The notes under the pieces were generated by a model that ran no database searches, was not told where the DNA came from, and was given only the letters and a program-made list of their open reading frames with translations. A program made the translations under genes and the position numbers. A stretch of DNA of 64,000 bases from Octopus bimaculoides. Lineage: Eukaryota. Positions 1 to 12,800 of the stretch are shown in pieces. Position 1 is the stretch's first letter, and every line of letters begins with the position of its first letter. The DNA lies in NCBI RefSeq assembly GCF_001194135.2, contig NC_068984.1, positions 95,635,396 to 95,699,395 on the forward strand, given 5' to 3'.

Positions 1-1232
1 ATTTGTACAGCTTACTCTACCGTTCGTTTCGCACGTACATGTATTACAGCCCTTTCTAAATGTTTGACCTACATTATAAATCTGGTTGTTGTAAGTACAT
101 TTGCAAACTTTGGTTGTACATTGAACGTACCCGCTTGCTAGACATTTGCATTCGTTGCAATCTTCTGAAAATCTGTCACCAATTCTATAAGTTTGTCCTT
201 TGTGTGTACATTGGCAGAGTTTGTTTGTGCACTCAACTTGTCCGTTATGTTCACATTTACAAGTATTGCAATCATCGCTGAATTGTTCTCCGAAATTATA
301 AACTCTGGTTTTGTAAGTACAGGTACATTGATTTGTCGTGCAGTCTACACTACCATCAGCTTTGCATGTGCACGTATTACAGTCTTTTCTAAATGTAGTA
401 CCAATTTTGTAGGTGTTTCCATTGTATATACATTTACACGGTTTGTTAGAGCACTGCACAATACCGCTTCGTAAACATTCACATTGGTTACAATCATTAC
501 TAAATGTTTGTCCAACTCGATAAGTCTGTCCTTGGTAAGTACATTGACAGATTTTCTTTGTACATTCTAACTGACCGTTGCCTCTACAATAGCAAGTGTT
601 ACAATCCCCTTCAAATTTCTGGCCCACATTTAATACTTTTCCTCTGAAGTAACACTTACAAATGTTCTTTGTACATTTAACCTGACCGTTACTTAAACAT
701 TCGCATGTATTACAATCATCAGTGAAAGTTTGGCCGTTTTGATATCGTACGTTTTTATGATAACATCCACATCTATCGCTGTTACACTGCACTATTCCTG
801 AAGTTTGACAAGTGCAAGTCTTACAGCCATCATTGAAATTCACTCCAACATTGTAGACTTTACCATTATACTGGCACTGACACACATTATTGGTACACTG
901 AGCATATCCAGAAGAAAGACATTTACATCTATTACAGTTGTCTTGGAATTCTTCACCTTCTTGGTACTGCTTTCCTTTATACGTACATCGTTTAGTACAG
1001 TCTTTGTTGCTACATTGTATCTGGCCATCGTTTTTGCATACACATGTATTACAGGACTGCTGGAATGTCTGTCCTACTCTGTAACGTCTACCTTGATAGG
1101 TACATGAAAGTCGCTGCCCATAGTCACAACGTAAATTTGAACAAACTGCGTTACCATTTTTGTCACATGCACACGTGTTGCAGTCGATCATAAAGATTCC
1201 CTTATACGACTTTCCATTATATGTACATTCAT
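1..1232 (-). CDS. Exon 2 (runs off window) of a secreted tandem-repeat Cys-rich protein with pacifastin-like/half-VWC-like 37-aa modules
   Basis: Hand translation of the minus strand is open for 410 codons: ECTYNGKSYKGIFMIDCNTCACDKNGNAVCSNLRC...CTYQGQTYRVGQTFSNDCNQCECLRSGIVQCSNKPCK...CTYNNQIYNVGQTFRKGCNTCTCETNGRVSCTN. It is preceded by a polypyrimidine tract and acceptor TTGTTTCTTTTCTTTGCAG (AG at 1234-1233), phase 1. There is no stop before base 1, which probably explains its absence from the ORF track. Confidence 0.93.
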
Positions 1233-1379
1233 CTGCAAAGAAAAGAAACAATGATTATTTCAATCAACTACTACCATGTTCTTAGAAAAAGAAAGGGTGT
1301 ATATTCTAGCATGAGTATACGATTGTGTGCACAAAAAAACATTTGTAAGTATGCGATTGTAAGCACAAAAAAAATCATT

Positions 1380-2140
1380 TGCTCCCACGGAACAGAAGAG
1401 CACTTAAAAGGAAAATAAAAAGGGTTAATCGAAAAATCAACCGGTTAAAATATTGCCAGCTGCAATGCCTTCACTTGACCGACATAGCTTTACTGGAACC
1501 AAAGAAACTTTATCTTGAAAACTGCATGAAGTTTATCATCGATAGTCAAAAAACTGCAGAAGAAAAGTAGCCCATTGAGAAAAGTCAATCCCAAAATGTT
1601 CTTTTCACTCGCCAGAAAGCAAATAGGTCGCTGTATCATCTATTGGACCTCTAATAAATGAACTTGGCACTCTGTATAGTGGTGTAGAAGAGATGGTTGA
1701 GATTCTGCAGAAGCAATACTGCTCCACTTTCAGTAACGCAACCATGGTTAATCCTGACAGCACCAGTGAAACAAACCCCCACAACACCCTATCCGATGTA
1801 CCATTTGACGCCCTGGATATCATATTGGTCCCCGTCCTATCTGTCCTCTTCAAAAGTCATGTTCGCATCACATCACATCACTCAGACAAAACTACTTCAA
1901 CTCAACTGGCCCTACTCTCTTTAACATCATACCAAGATACATAAGAGAAGAAAAAAATCTTCTAATATTTAAACGGTTCCTGGACGAATATCTCCAACGA
2001 ATTCCAAATAAACCACCTACCACTGGATAAATCTCTGCAAATAACTCTACTTGAATGAGCTATGGTGCTCAAAGAATGACTCATATGAAACACTTTTAAA
2101 TGTCGTTTCCAGGTGCTGCTATTAAGTTAGACATAGCCTG
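1380..2140 (+). mobile_element. Degenerate CR1/L2-like LINE ORF2 fragments with 3' end
   Basis: Interrupted peptide IGPLINELGTLYSGVEEMVEILQKQYCSTFS (EN-RT linker-like) and 3'-type KRFLDEYLQRIPNKPP motif, with an internal deletion. Confidence 0.5.
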
Positions 2141-2569
2141 GACCAATACTAACCGAAACTTATCTAAATATCTAAGCATATTATAAATTCTTAAAGAATA
2201 ACATCGAGTGACATAATTCTTTAGAAATGGCTAGACATTTGAATTTCCACTCTTCCAATAAATAACTACTTGACCTTTAAACACTATCCATAAATTTATT
2301 CTCCACCAAGTCACCTATTTAACAATAATTATATTTGCATAGAAAAGCTAAACAATACCTTAACACATTAATACTATTTATACCTCTTGCTACTACCTCA
2401 ATTACTATTATCAATATAAATAATATCATATATTCTCACATATGTATATCTACTGTTAACATAGTTCGTGCTGGTGGCACACAACGTTAAAGGGTTTCCC
2501 CAAAGATTAGTGCTATTTTTGAAACTCATTGTTGAAAGGTGCTGTTATTGTTAAATATTTTTGAAAATA

Positions 2570-4070
2570 TTGTTGAAAAGTTTTTGTGAACATTTTGCTT
2601 TGTCTGCCTTTCGGCAGATTTGTTACCGTTTGAGGAGGGAGATCTTTGTGTTATTATGCATTCGTATACCGACATAGATTTCGCTGAGGAGGAATTGTTG
2701 AGATACGTTGATAGCATCAACAAAGTGAAGAGAGGAAAGAGTTTTGAAGCAGTGGCTGGTAATTCGAGAGAGGAGATGCAGATAAGTAAGGAAGAGTTGG
2801 AGAAGTTCAAAGAATTAATAAAAAGAGAAGCGCATGAAATTTCTGTGACCCCACCAAAGGAAGTAAGTCAAAGAGTGGAAAAAGAAACAATTGTGTATAA
2901 AACGTTTGGTTTGGAAAAGAAAAGGATAGAGATTGTATCAAAGGAGAAGATAGAGAAATGTCTGAAAGACATATGAAGTTACATTACATATGTTACCAGA
3001 GGAAGCAAGTACGCCACAGTGGAGGTGTGGTTTAGAACAGAAAAATGGGTCAGAAATACGGCAGAGGTGGTGCCCCTCCCAACTTACCTTGAGAGATGTG
3101 CTTCCAGGGTAAGGGTGGAGGAGATGCCGCCGGAAGTAGAGGTTGACTGGAATGTGGCAGCCATTATAATGGGGATGGAGGATAAAAACTCCATCCTCCA
3201 AATTATCAAAGTCCTGCAACGTAACTGGCAAGGACAAGGGATTGAAATGATCATCCGAACCACACGAGAAGTGCTAGAGAATGTAGCTGAGACCATTTGG
3301 ATAGGCCAAGACAGAAAATCGAGAGTGTTAGTGGAGGGCAGGAAACCGCAATGTTTCAAGCGTGATCAGAAAGGCCACATTAGAGCAGACTGCCCTCCAC
3401 TACCAGCAGAAACACCACTAGTTGGCTCCGGTGAAAAAGTAACCGCACCTCCACTGACTGAAGGAAGAGAAAAGGTGGAGCAGCAAGAGACAGAGAATAG
3501 CAAGTGGTCTACAGTGACAGGAGGGAAAAGAAGAAAGAGAAAAGTTCACCACCCAAGAACTCCAGTCCCCACCCTTCCCCCGCTCCAGTCGCTCCAATCC
3601 CCACTTTATCTAGTCCTTCCGATGCAGACATCAATCACTTTCCCGCCCCACTCGCCACTAATCCCAATCCTGTCCCCACAGAAACACATGCAAACACGAT
3701 AATTTGTCAAAGCCCCCAACATCTACCCCTAAGGAAAAAGAACCTAACCTTGACATACGATTCGAGAAAAAGCAAACTGGTGGAAGAAACTAAAAAAGGT
3801 AAATTTAGGGGACACTACCCTATATGTGAAATGTGTGCTAGTGGATAAAAGTAATTTCAAAAGATTAAAACAAAAATTCGGGCCGGACATTGCGGATCTA
3901 TTCATAGAGGTTTACATAGATGCATTGCCTTCTGAAGTGGACTACAACGACATCTTGGAGTACGTAGTTTAATTGATTTTTGAACATTGTAATTAAAGGT
4001 TCAATGAGACTGCTTGGGAGTGGGGCTCGAGTAGGACTGCACCCGAAAAAAGTTATGCTCTACATTTAGT
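2570..4070 (+). mobile_element. Tx1/L1-like non-LTR retrotransposon, ORF1 region
   Basis: Frameshifted ORFs 2620-2976 and 3019-3702 with a decayed zinc knuckle (RKPQCFKRDQKGHIRADC). Homologous to ORF1 of the copy at 44560-45800 (EKETIVYKT motif, RPRCFQCGKKGHLRVDC knuckle). Confidence 0.75.
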
Positions 4071-4659
4071 GGGATATAAAGTATGTCGTTTTTCATGAAG
4101 TATTAAACCAAAACCTTGGATTACTGTACGGAAATTTATACAGAACTCCTATGACTCCTATGTATACCACTATGGATTAATTAATTCTAATAAACACGGA
4201 TAAACTTTTAAGAACGGTTTTCTTACTTTTATATCTCTGAAGAATGGTCATGCAACTTCAATATGATTTATCATTTCGATTGCATTTAGATAAGTCACAT
4301 AATCATGAAACGATCGTAAGAATTTTTATATATCTNNNNNNNNNNNNNNNNNNNNNNNNNNNNNNNNNNNNNNNNNNNNNNNNNNNNNNNNNNNNNNNNN
4401 NNNNNNNNNNNNNNNNNNNNNNNNNNNNNNNNNNNNNNNNNNNNNNNNNNNNNNNNNNNNNNNNNNNNNNNNNNNNNNNNNNNNNNNNNNNNNNNNNNNN
4501 NNNNNNNNNNNNNNNNNNNNNNNNNNNNNNNNNNNNNNNNNNNNNNNNNNNNNNNNNNNNTATATATATATATATATATATATGTACACGCATAGTATAT
4601 ATACATACACACAGGTATGTATGTATGTATGTATGTATGTATGTATGTATGTATGTATG

Positions 4660-4850
4660 TATAGTCATTGGATTGCAGCTATGTTGGGGCATCACCTTCA
4701 GAGGTTTAGTCAAGTTAATTGACCCCAGTACTTATATTTTAAAAGTCTAGTACTTATTTTATCAGTTCCTTTTTCTGAACGGCTGCTGACAGGAGGTAAA
4801 CAAGCCAATACCGGTTGTCAAGTGGTTGTGCACAAACAGAAAGCCATGCA
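4660..4850 (+). mobile_element. SINE fragment
   Basis: gaccccagtacttat...tagtacttattttatc...ggttgtcaagtgg core, related to the SINEs at 21650 and 26640, flanked by microsatellites. Confidence 0.55.
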
Positions 4851-5014
4851 CATGTGTGTGTATGAACACACACACACACTCATATACATAATACATACAT
4901 ACATACGTAATCAAATCAATAAACAAACAATTAATAAAGAGAAAAAAGAAAAAAACGATCGTGAGGACGTACGCAAGCAATATATTAATTTGACGCTCAG
5001 TGCAAGGAGAGAGT

Positions 5015-5050
5015 TGTTAATGTTTCGAGCATAGCTCTTCGTCGGAAAGC
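5015..5050 (-). ncRNA. Degenerate minimal hammerhead motif in a Penelope-type pseudo-LTR fragment
   Basis: Minus strand CCGACGA-A-GAGC-TAT-GCTC-GAAAC, with U4 changed to C and helix III decayed. Confidence 0.45.
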
Positions 5051-5794
5051 GGAATGTCCAAAGAGAAAGAAGGAAAATAAGGGAAAATCGCTAACAATCT
5101 ACGTACGGTTACATTTCTGAAGTGACCGAAAGTGGAAGGATAAAAAGCAAGTAGTTTCTGGGACAGGAGTGTGTGAAGATGGTAGGTATGCGTGTGTGTG
5201 TCACATTTAAAGTTATTGATCTCGATAGTCGTTCCTTCTCCGTTTTAGTTTTCTTCGAAATCTTTGGCTGCATTAAGAATATTTTTTCTCTGTAGTTTCC
5301 TATTCAATTACAACTACTTATCAACTTTCTATACGGATATTACATTTTTCAGATCATATTGTATCTTAAATTCAGTTCGTTAGAGTGCCTTTTCCTAAAA
5401 CAGTTTTTTAAAGATCACACGCTTTAGAATTTAATCATCTCCCGTACGAACTGTATATTCTCGCCACCCCTGTTTGTGACATCAAAAGAGATATTCTATG
5501 CTTAGAGCATTTGCAAATTCTAAGGCCTCAAAATTGTTTACATGGTATCTCCAAAATATACCATATGAAAGACACATTTGTTGAAAAACTCCCCAACAGT
5601 GATAGTCCTTTAATGTGTCCTAAAGGGACTGAATTTACATAAACCATATACTCAACAATATTTTGATCTCTTAGTGGTCAATAAATAGTAACGTTTGGAT
5701 ATACACTACACTATATGTATATGTATATATATATATATATAGATATGCAGGGCAGGGAATCGTCAATTAGTAATAAAATTAATAATCAACAATT

Positions 5795-5831
<37 letters not shown>

Positions 5832-5838
5832 GTATGTA

Positions 5839-6800
5839 TTAGGTTGGAAAGAAAGTCCTGTCGCTTTTCATGATGAGTAAAGAAAGAAATTCTTCTTTGA
5901 TCTTGATATATTTAACCGAAATAATATTTCTCCTTGTTATTGATAACACATTATCCCATCTATGTGGCAAATTGCTGATCCTCTGAACGTAAAATTCTTC
6001 AACTGTCGAAGCAAAGACAAACTTGATATCATTTAACCTCTTCGCAATAAATAAATTGTTTTCCCTCTAAATAATGTTACTATGATCTGAAAGGATGATT
6101 GATAGATGGAGCAAGGTCAGTGGACTAGGGAGGATAAGGCAAAACTTTCAAAGCTATAACCAAAATCTTTTCCTGGATGACTAGGATAATATGACTGAAC
6201 AATGATTGGCACTTCTTCTGTAAATTTTTGCGCAATGCTTTCAGTTGACAATATTTCTTCACATTAACTGTTTCGTTTTGGTTTAATACTTCATGAAATA
6301 CGACATACTTTATATCCCACTAAATGTAGAGCATAACTTTTTTCGGGTGCAGTCTTAGTTTGAGGGTGGTCTCTCCTTTTACACTGGATGTTAACTCTTA
6401 TTGTTTTCATTTAATTTGATAATAGCGAATCCACTTTTCATCACTTCTGATGGTTCTACCGAAAAAAGCTCTGGGAGCCAGTCTATACTTCAGCGACAAG
6501 CAGAAAGCAACTATTTGATTAAGCTGAGGAGCTATCAGATGGTGAGGGATCCACTGACCAAGTTTAGATGCGTTTCCTTGTTAATGAAAGTGTTTTGTGA
6601 TCAAGTGTGACTTGAATTGAAGTGGTTAGCTAATTCTGGTGCAGTTTGCTTTAGATTTTCCTCCACAACAGTTTCAGAAGCTCAATATTGACAGAACTCG
6701 GTCGTCCAGATCGAGTGGGGGAGTCTACTGGAAAAAAGTTTCTCGAGAAAAGCTGACCAAACCCTCGTTGACATGCTTGGACGCGGCAAGAAATATTAGC
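5839..6800 (-). mobile_element. Mariner transposon remnant
   Basis: TA followed by TIR-like TTAGGTTGGAAAG at 5837-5851. Minus-strand relics PYPP*STDLAPSINHPFRS (PYSPDLAP) and PTRSGRPSS, with many stops. Confidence 0.75.
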
Positions 6801-7739
6801 TTTATCTAAGGAAATAAAGCTTTAGCATTGCTTACTGTACTGTATGTAACCATTGCTTACCTAACGATGTGTATCTAAAAAGTACCCCCAACAGTGATCA
6901 TGTCGAAAATGCAACAGAAAATGTTATCCAACCTTGTGTGTGNNNNNNNNNNNNNNNNNNNNNNNNNNNNNNNNNNNNNNNNNNNNNNNNNNNNNNNNNN
7001 NNNNNNNNNNNNNNNNNNNNNNNNNNNNNNNNNNNNNNNNNNNNNNNNNNNNNNNNNNNNNNNNNNNNNNNNNNNNNNNNNNNNNNNNNNNNNNNNNNNN
7101 NNNNNNNNNNNNNNNNNNNNNNNNNNNNNNNNNNNNNNNNNNNNNNNNNNNNNNNNNNNNNNNNNNNNNNNNNNNNNNNNNNNNNNNNNNNNNNNNNNNN
7201 NNNNNNNNNNNNNNNNNNNNNNNNNNNNNNNNNNNNNNNNNNNNNNNNNNNNNNNNNNNNNNNNNNNNNNNNNNNNNNNNNNNNNNNNNNNNNNNNNNNN
7301 NNNNNNNNNNNNNNNNNNNNNNNNNNNNNNNNNNNNNNNNNNNNNNNNNNNNNNNNNNNNNNNNNNNNNNNNNNNNNNNNNNNNNNNNNNNNNNNNNNNN
7401 NNNNNNNNNNNNNNNNNNNNNNNNNNNNNNNNNNNNNNNNNNNNNNNNNNNNNNNNNNNNNNNNNNNNNNNNNNNNNNNNNNNNNNNNNNNNNNNNNNNN
7501 NNNNNNNNNNNNNNNNNNNNNNNNNNNNNNNNNNNNNNNNNNNNNNNNNNNNNNNNNNNNNNNNNNNNNNNNNNNNNNNNNNNNNNNNNNNNNNNNNNNN
7601 NNNNNNNNNNNNNNNNNNNNNNNNNNNNNNNNNNNNNNNNNNNNNNNNNNNNNNNNNNNNNNNNNNNNNNNNNNNNNNNNNNNNNNNNNNNNNNNNNNNN
7701 NNNNNNNNNNNNNNNNNNNNNNNNNTTTTTTCTAGTTAA

Positions 7740-8523
7740 TTTTAGTTAATTTTTGTTTATTATCAGATCATTAAAATGGGATGGCAAGTTCAGAAAAACG
7801 AGCATTTTCGACATCTTCTTCTTTTTGCTTTTAATCAAGGTTCTAAGGCCTGCTTGCGACATTTGTGCTGTGTATGGAGAGGGTGCCATAGCTGAAAGAA
7901 CCGCTCGTAATTGGTATGCCAAGTTCAAAAATGGAAATTTTGACCTCAAAGGCGCACCTCGTTCTGGCCGTCCAGTTGAGTTCGATGAAGAGCGATTAAA
8001 CCAACTTTTGCACGAAAATTCTGACAGAGAAAATGGAATGCTCCCATACTGCTATAGAGAAGCATCTTTACTCGATGGGAAAGGTTTTTAAATATGGAGC
8101 ATGGGTTCCGCATACTTTAAGTGACAACAAAATCAACGAGCCACAGTCTCCGCTGGTTTGCTTGCTCGTCACCGCTCAACTCATGGACACAAGCAACGAT
8201 TTCTTTCCCGAATTGTTACTGGCGACGAAAAATGGTGTCTGTACATCAATATGAAACAGCGTAAGGAATAGCTTAGCCCCGGTAAACAAGCGACACCGCG
8301 CGTGAAACAAGATCTTCATCCGTGTAAAACGATGTTGTGCGTATAATGGGACTGGGAAGGGATTATCCATTACGAATTGCTTGAACGGAACCAAACGGTC
8401 AATGCGGAACTCTATGTTCAACAGATGGAACAACTCAACAAGGCTATTCAAGAGAAAAGACCTAATCGGCAGCATGGAGTTCTGCTGCACGACAACGCCC
8501 GCCCTCATATCGCCAATATGACC
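7740..8523 (+). mobile_element. Mariner transposase pseudogene
   Basis: TARNWYAKFKNGNFDLKGAPRSGRP, WVPHTL, IVTGDEKW and LLHDNARPH motifs across frameshifts, truncated by an N gap. Confidence 0.92.
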
Positions 8524-8819
8524 NNNNNNNNNNNNNNNNNNNNNNNNNNNNNNNNNNNNNNNNNNNNNNNNNNNNNNNNNNNNNNNNNNNNNNNNNNNNN
8601 NNNNNNNNNNNNNNNNNNNNNNNNNNNNNNNNNNNNNNNNNNNNNNNNNNNNNNNNNNNNNNNNNNNNNNNNNNNNNNATATATGACGGACTTCTTTTAG
8701 TTTCGGTCTACCAAATCTGCTCGCAAGGCTTTTGTTGGTGTTGGCCTGCGACTATAGTACAAGACACCAAGGTGCCACGCAGTGTGACTAAGCTCAAAAT
8801 CATCCGCGCGCGCATGCGT

Positions 8820-8851
<32 letters not shown>

Positions 8852-9078
8852 CAAATATTATGTATGTTTACATACACTCAAACATACTCATACGCACACG
8901 TGCATACATACGTACGTATATTTTGATGCTAAGTATCAGATATAACACCATTAGGTAGTATTATCTTTAATTAGAACATGCTGGTAGGACTAGACTGTGA
9001 TGATCAATCGTTGATAAATTAAACAAAACTATTGGAAAAACAAGAAATAGACATTGTATAACAAAATAATTTACTCAC

Positions 9079-9136
9079 AGTTATAGCTGTTCACATATGA
9101 AATACCTACTATTACTAGTAGCAATTGGTACAGCAT
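9079..9136 (-). CDS. Exon 1 (signal peptide) of the Cys-rich repeat gene
   Basis: ATG at 9136-9134 gives MLYQLLLVIVGISYVNSYN plus 1 nt, then donor GTGAGT (9078-9073). The phase-1 donor matches the phase-1 acceptor at 1232 (T+AT = Tyr). Hydrophobic core with a V-x-S cleavage motif. Direct splicing to 1232 is inferred and intermediate exons are not excluded. Confidence 0.8.
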
Positions 9137-9224
9137 GATGGTCAGTTTCTTTCAGCCTCTTGCAGATTGGTGTGAGTTGACTTCCGAAGCAAGAACGGGT
9201 TTGACAAATGTCTCAAACGAACGA

Positions 9225-9233
9225 TTTATATAG
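9225..9233 (-). promoter_or_regulatory. TATA box of the Cys-rich repeat gene
   Basis: CTATATAAA on the minus strand about 90 nt upstream of the signal-peptide ATG. Confidence 0.6.
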
Positions 9234-9889
9234 ACCCCAATAAACGTGATCAACTACATACATTGAGGAAATTCATTAGTTTCATAAATTTCGTATTCGG
9301 AAAGAGCAAACATAAATTATTCATAAATCGATAAAATTTTTTTGTCTTGAAGGTATATTCCTAAAAATAAACTATTCATAAATGAGTTGTGGGTTTTTAT
9401 TTGTTATGAAAACAATAGTATCAGAGCTGTTTCACAAGATGGTTTAATAATTTAATTAATTCACATCACGTGTCAGTTAATGTGTTTATAAACAGCAATG
9501 CTGTTAGTAACTTTTTCTTTTAAGAATAAGTAATATTCATTGATACTAAGAATACAAATGACTCTAATCAGGCTTTCATTTAAACGCTGAGAATATATTT
9601 TTTTCTAGTCTCCTGGTCATTAAACGTCCGCACCCAATGATAGGAAAATAATTTAGCTTAGGTTCACGTGTTTTACCACGGTTTTTTCGTATGACGAAAG
9701 TTTTTTGTCTTTCTTTTTATTGCTTTGTTCACAGGACACATTTACACTAATTTACGAAAATCTATTACATACTGTCTATACTACAGCACGTGCACTTTAA
9801 ACTATTGTAAATTTCTACTAATTGCCAACTTATAAGTTGATGTTTCGCATTAGCCCTGGTGAAGTCATTTCCATACCTAATCATTATAT

Positions 9890-12800
9890 TCTTTAGTAGG
9901 AGTTTTAAGTGTCCCTCTTGAACGGCTATGAGAAATACGTTTCTCCGAGTCAGGAGGGAGGTGGGGTGGGGTGTTGGTCCTACTAAAAAAAAACCGGGTA
10001 GCCGAGAAAAAGTTGGGTTTTTTCTGATCCAGAAGGCAGGCTGGTCGTTCTCGACCTGACATTCAGTTGTGGCAAGATAATCAGGCTAGTTGCTATTCAT
10101 GCACCCAACATTATGGGCCCGCAAAGTGAATATTTTCGTGACCTGGGCAAGTTCCTGGCCTCGTCGCATTCGCTAGTATTGTTAGGAGACTTTAACACAA
10201 TATGTGAAGCACACACAGATTGTGTTGGCTCGAACATGAACAGAAAATGTAACCCAGGCTTACGGGATCTGCTAAGTCACTTTCAGCTGGCAGATCCATA
10301 TAGGTTGGAACACCCGAACACTCCACAGTGGACGTGGTCAAATAGTGACGGGTCTTCCAGAACATATCTAGATAGGATTTTAATTAGAGAAACAGATAAG
10401 TCCATAGTTAAGTGTCCACATTTTTTTCTAGTCAGCTACAGTGACCACAAGATGGTTACCTGTAAACTGATAATAGATAAGTTACATAGTCAGGGATCTG
10501 GCTACTGGAAACTCAATACGTCCCTTTTGGCGATTGAGGAATACAGAAAGCGGATCAAGATGTTAATACAGAGGGCATTGACAGATACCATCATTAATAA
10601 CAAATGGTGGTACGCCCTAAAAAGAGCCATCAAATATGAGTCTATTAGGTTTAGCATACGTTTAGCTAAGAAAGGACGTAGAATAGGAGATGGTTTAGTT
10701 AAGGAACTAGAAGAAGCCTGGTAATGCGGACCAAGCGAAGGTGAAAAGACTGGATTTAAACCAGCATCGTGAAGCCCAACACATGAGAAGTATTGCCAGA
10801 GCTAAGTTACGTGCGATGGGAAGTGAAGGAATCAAGGCCGCTGGATGGGCCCGAGTGGTGGAAGCTCGGCAAGGAAATAGTTCCACAATACGGTCTTTGA
10901 CGAATCATAATGGCATCTTGGTAAACGAACCCGAGAAAATGTGTGAGGCCTTCCGAAGTACTTCGCCCAGCTTTTCGGGGGTGACGGCGGTCCTGGTGGT
11001 GGGAGAGCCCTCAAGGACTTTCTTGCTGGTCTACCGTGTCTCTCGGGATCGGATGGGGAGTCTTGCGAAGGGCCAATCATGCCTGGGGAAGTGATGGAGG
11101 CTTTAGCCGACTGTAAAGNNNNNNNNNNNNNNNNNNNNNNNNNNNNNNNNNNNNNNNNNNNNNNNNNNNNNNNNNNNNNNNNNNNNNNNNNNNNNNNNNN
11201 NNNNNNNNNNNNNNNNNNNNNNNNNNNNNNNNNNNNNNNNNNNNNNNNNNNNNNNNNNNNNNNNNNNNNNNNNNNNNNNNNNNNNNNNNNNNNNNNNNNN
11301 NNNNNNNNNNNNNNNNNNNNNNNNNNNNNNNNNNNNNNNNNNNGCATGGCAAACTTGTTCGGGCATCTACTGGCTGACGTTTACGCGAACTGGCAACAAA
11401 ATGGGTTTATCCCCAGATCTGTGCGCCGGGGAGTAGTGACGTTGGTCAGAAAGGACCCGGACAAGGGGGACGTTATAGAGAATGTCAGGCCCATCACTCT
11501 GTTAAATGCAGAAGTGAAGATTTTGGCCAAGGTCTGAGCGAAAATGTTGGCGCGTGTCGCGAATGGTATAGTCGGGGAGACACAGACATGTGCCATCCCA
11601 GGCAGAACCATTCAGGATACCCTCCATCTTATCCGCTATACCATAGAGAGAGTTGGTAATAAATCTGGCAAAGGTAAGGCATTGGTACTTTTGGACCAGT
11701 CTAAAGCTTTTGATAGGGTTGACCATCGATACCTGGCGACTGTGCTTGCGCGGTTCGGCTTGGGCCTTGGCTTCCTCAGGTAGTTTATCGCTTTGTACCA
11801 CAACATTGATTCGATAGTTCGGGTGAACGGTTTCCTTTCGAAGCCGTTCTGCATCAGACGCTCGATTCGTCAAAGATGTCCGCTCTCACCGCTTTTGTAT
11901 GTGGTGGCTCTTGATCCCCTACTGCGAAGGTTTAGTGGCATTCCGAGAGAACCAGGTCTAGAGGAGCTTGTTACGGCTTACGTAGATGATATCACTATCA
12001 GCGTAACCTCAGTAGTACGCCTACATGAAGTAAGACTATTGAGGCTTACGACGAGGTGGCAGGAGCAAAGATAACCGGGAAAAGTCGGTCGGTTGGCTTG
12101 CAGCTCGGCACCTGGGTTGGCAAGTCGATGCCTTCAGACAGTGTTGTTGGGCGCTGGACGGAGGGACCGGTTAAGTTACTGGGAGTTTGGTTTGGACCAG
12201 GTCTCCAGATAAAGAGGAACTGGACGGAGGTATTGAGCAGGGTGGCTGCAGTAGTCAAGACCTGGTCTTGGCGGTGGCTATCCCTAAAAGGGAGGGCGGA
12301 GGTGGCCAATGTGTTTATCGCATCGGTCATTACCTACCGCCTGACNNNNNNNNNNNNNNNNNNNNNNNNNNNNNNNNNNNNNNNNNNNNNNNNNNNNNNN
12401 NNNNNNNNNNNNNNNNNNNNNNNNNNNNNNNNNNNNNNNNNNNNNNNNNNNNNNNNNNNNNNNNNNNNNNNNNNNNNNNNNNTCTTGCTATTCCGGCGCT
12501 CGGGCAACGCCAGAGGTGAGAGTTCCACACGGATTTTATATAGTGAGTTGGTAGAGTCTGAATGCGACGATGGCCTGGGAGCGACTCTAGGTCTCGGGTT
12601 TATTCAACTGGACAGCCTGTTTCACCGTACATTCGGGTTGAGAACGTTGGACAACTTCCAAATGTCCTTAACCTGACAATGCTACAGAGGTGCCTTGCCC
12701 GTTTGGGGTAAGCGTCAGTCACCGACCTGTCCAAGATGCGGGGGGGGGGGGGACAGGAAAACCGTCCCTCACGCTATTATTCAGTGTCCGGAGATATCTG

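Noticed and set aside
60-1107. Plus-strand ORFs 60-281, 193-474, 805-1107 and minus ORF 840-1043
   Set aside because: They are shadows of the real minus-strand Cys-rich frame, which is open throughout with conserved periodic motifs
9097-9140. Plus-strand MKYLLLLVAIGTA* signal-like peptide
   Set aside because: It stops after 13 codons and is the antisense of the minus-strand signal exon, which has the TATA box and splice donor
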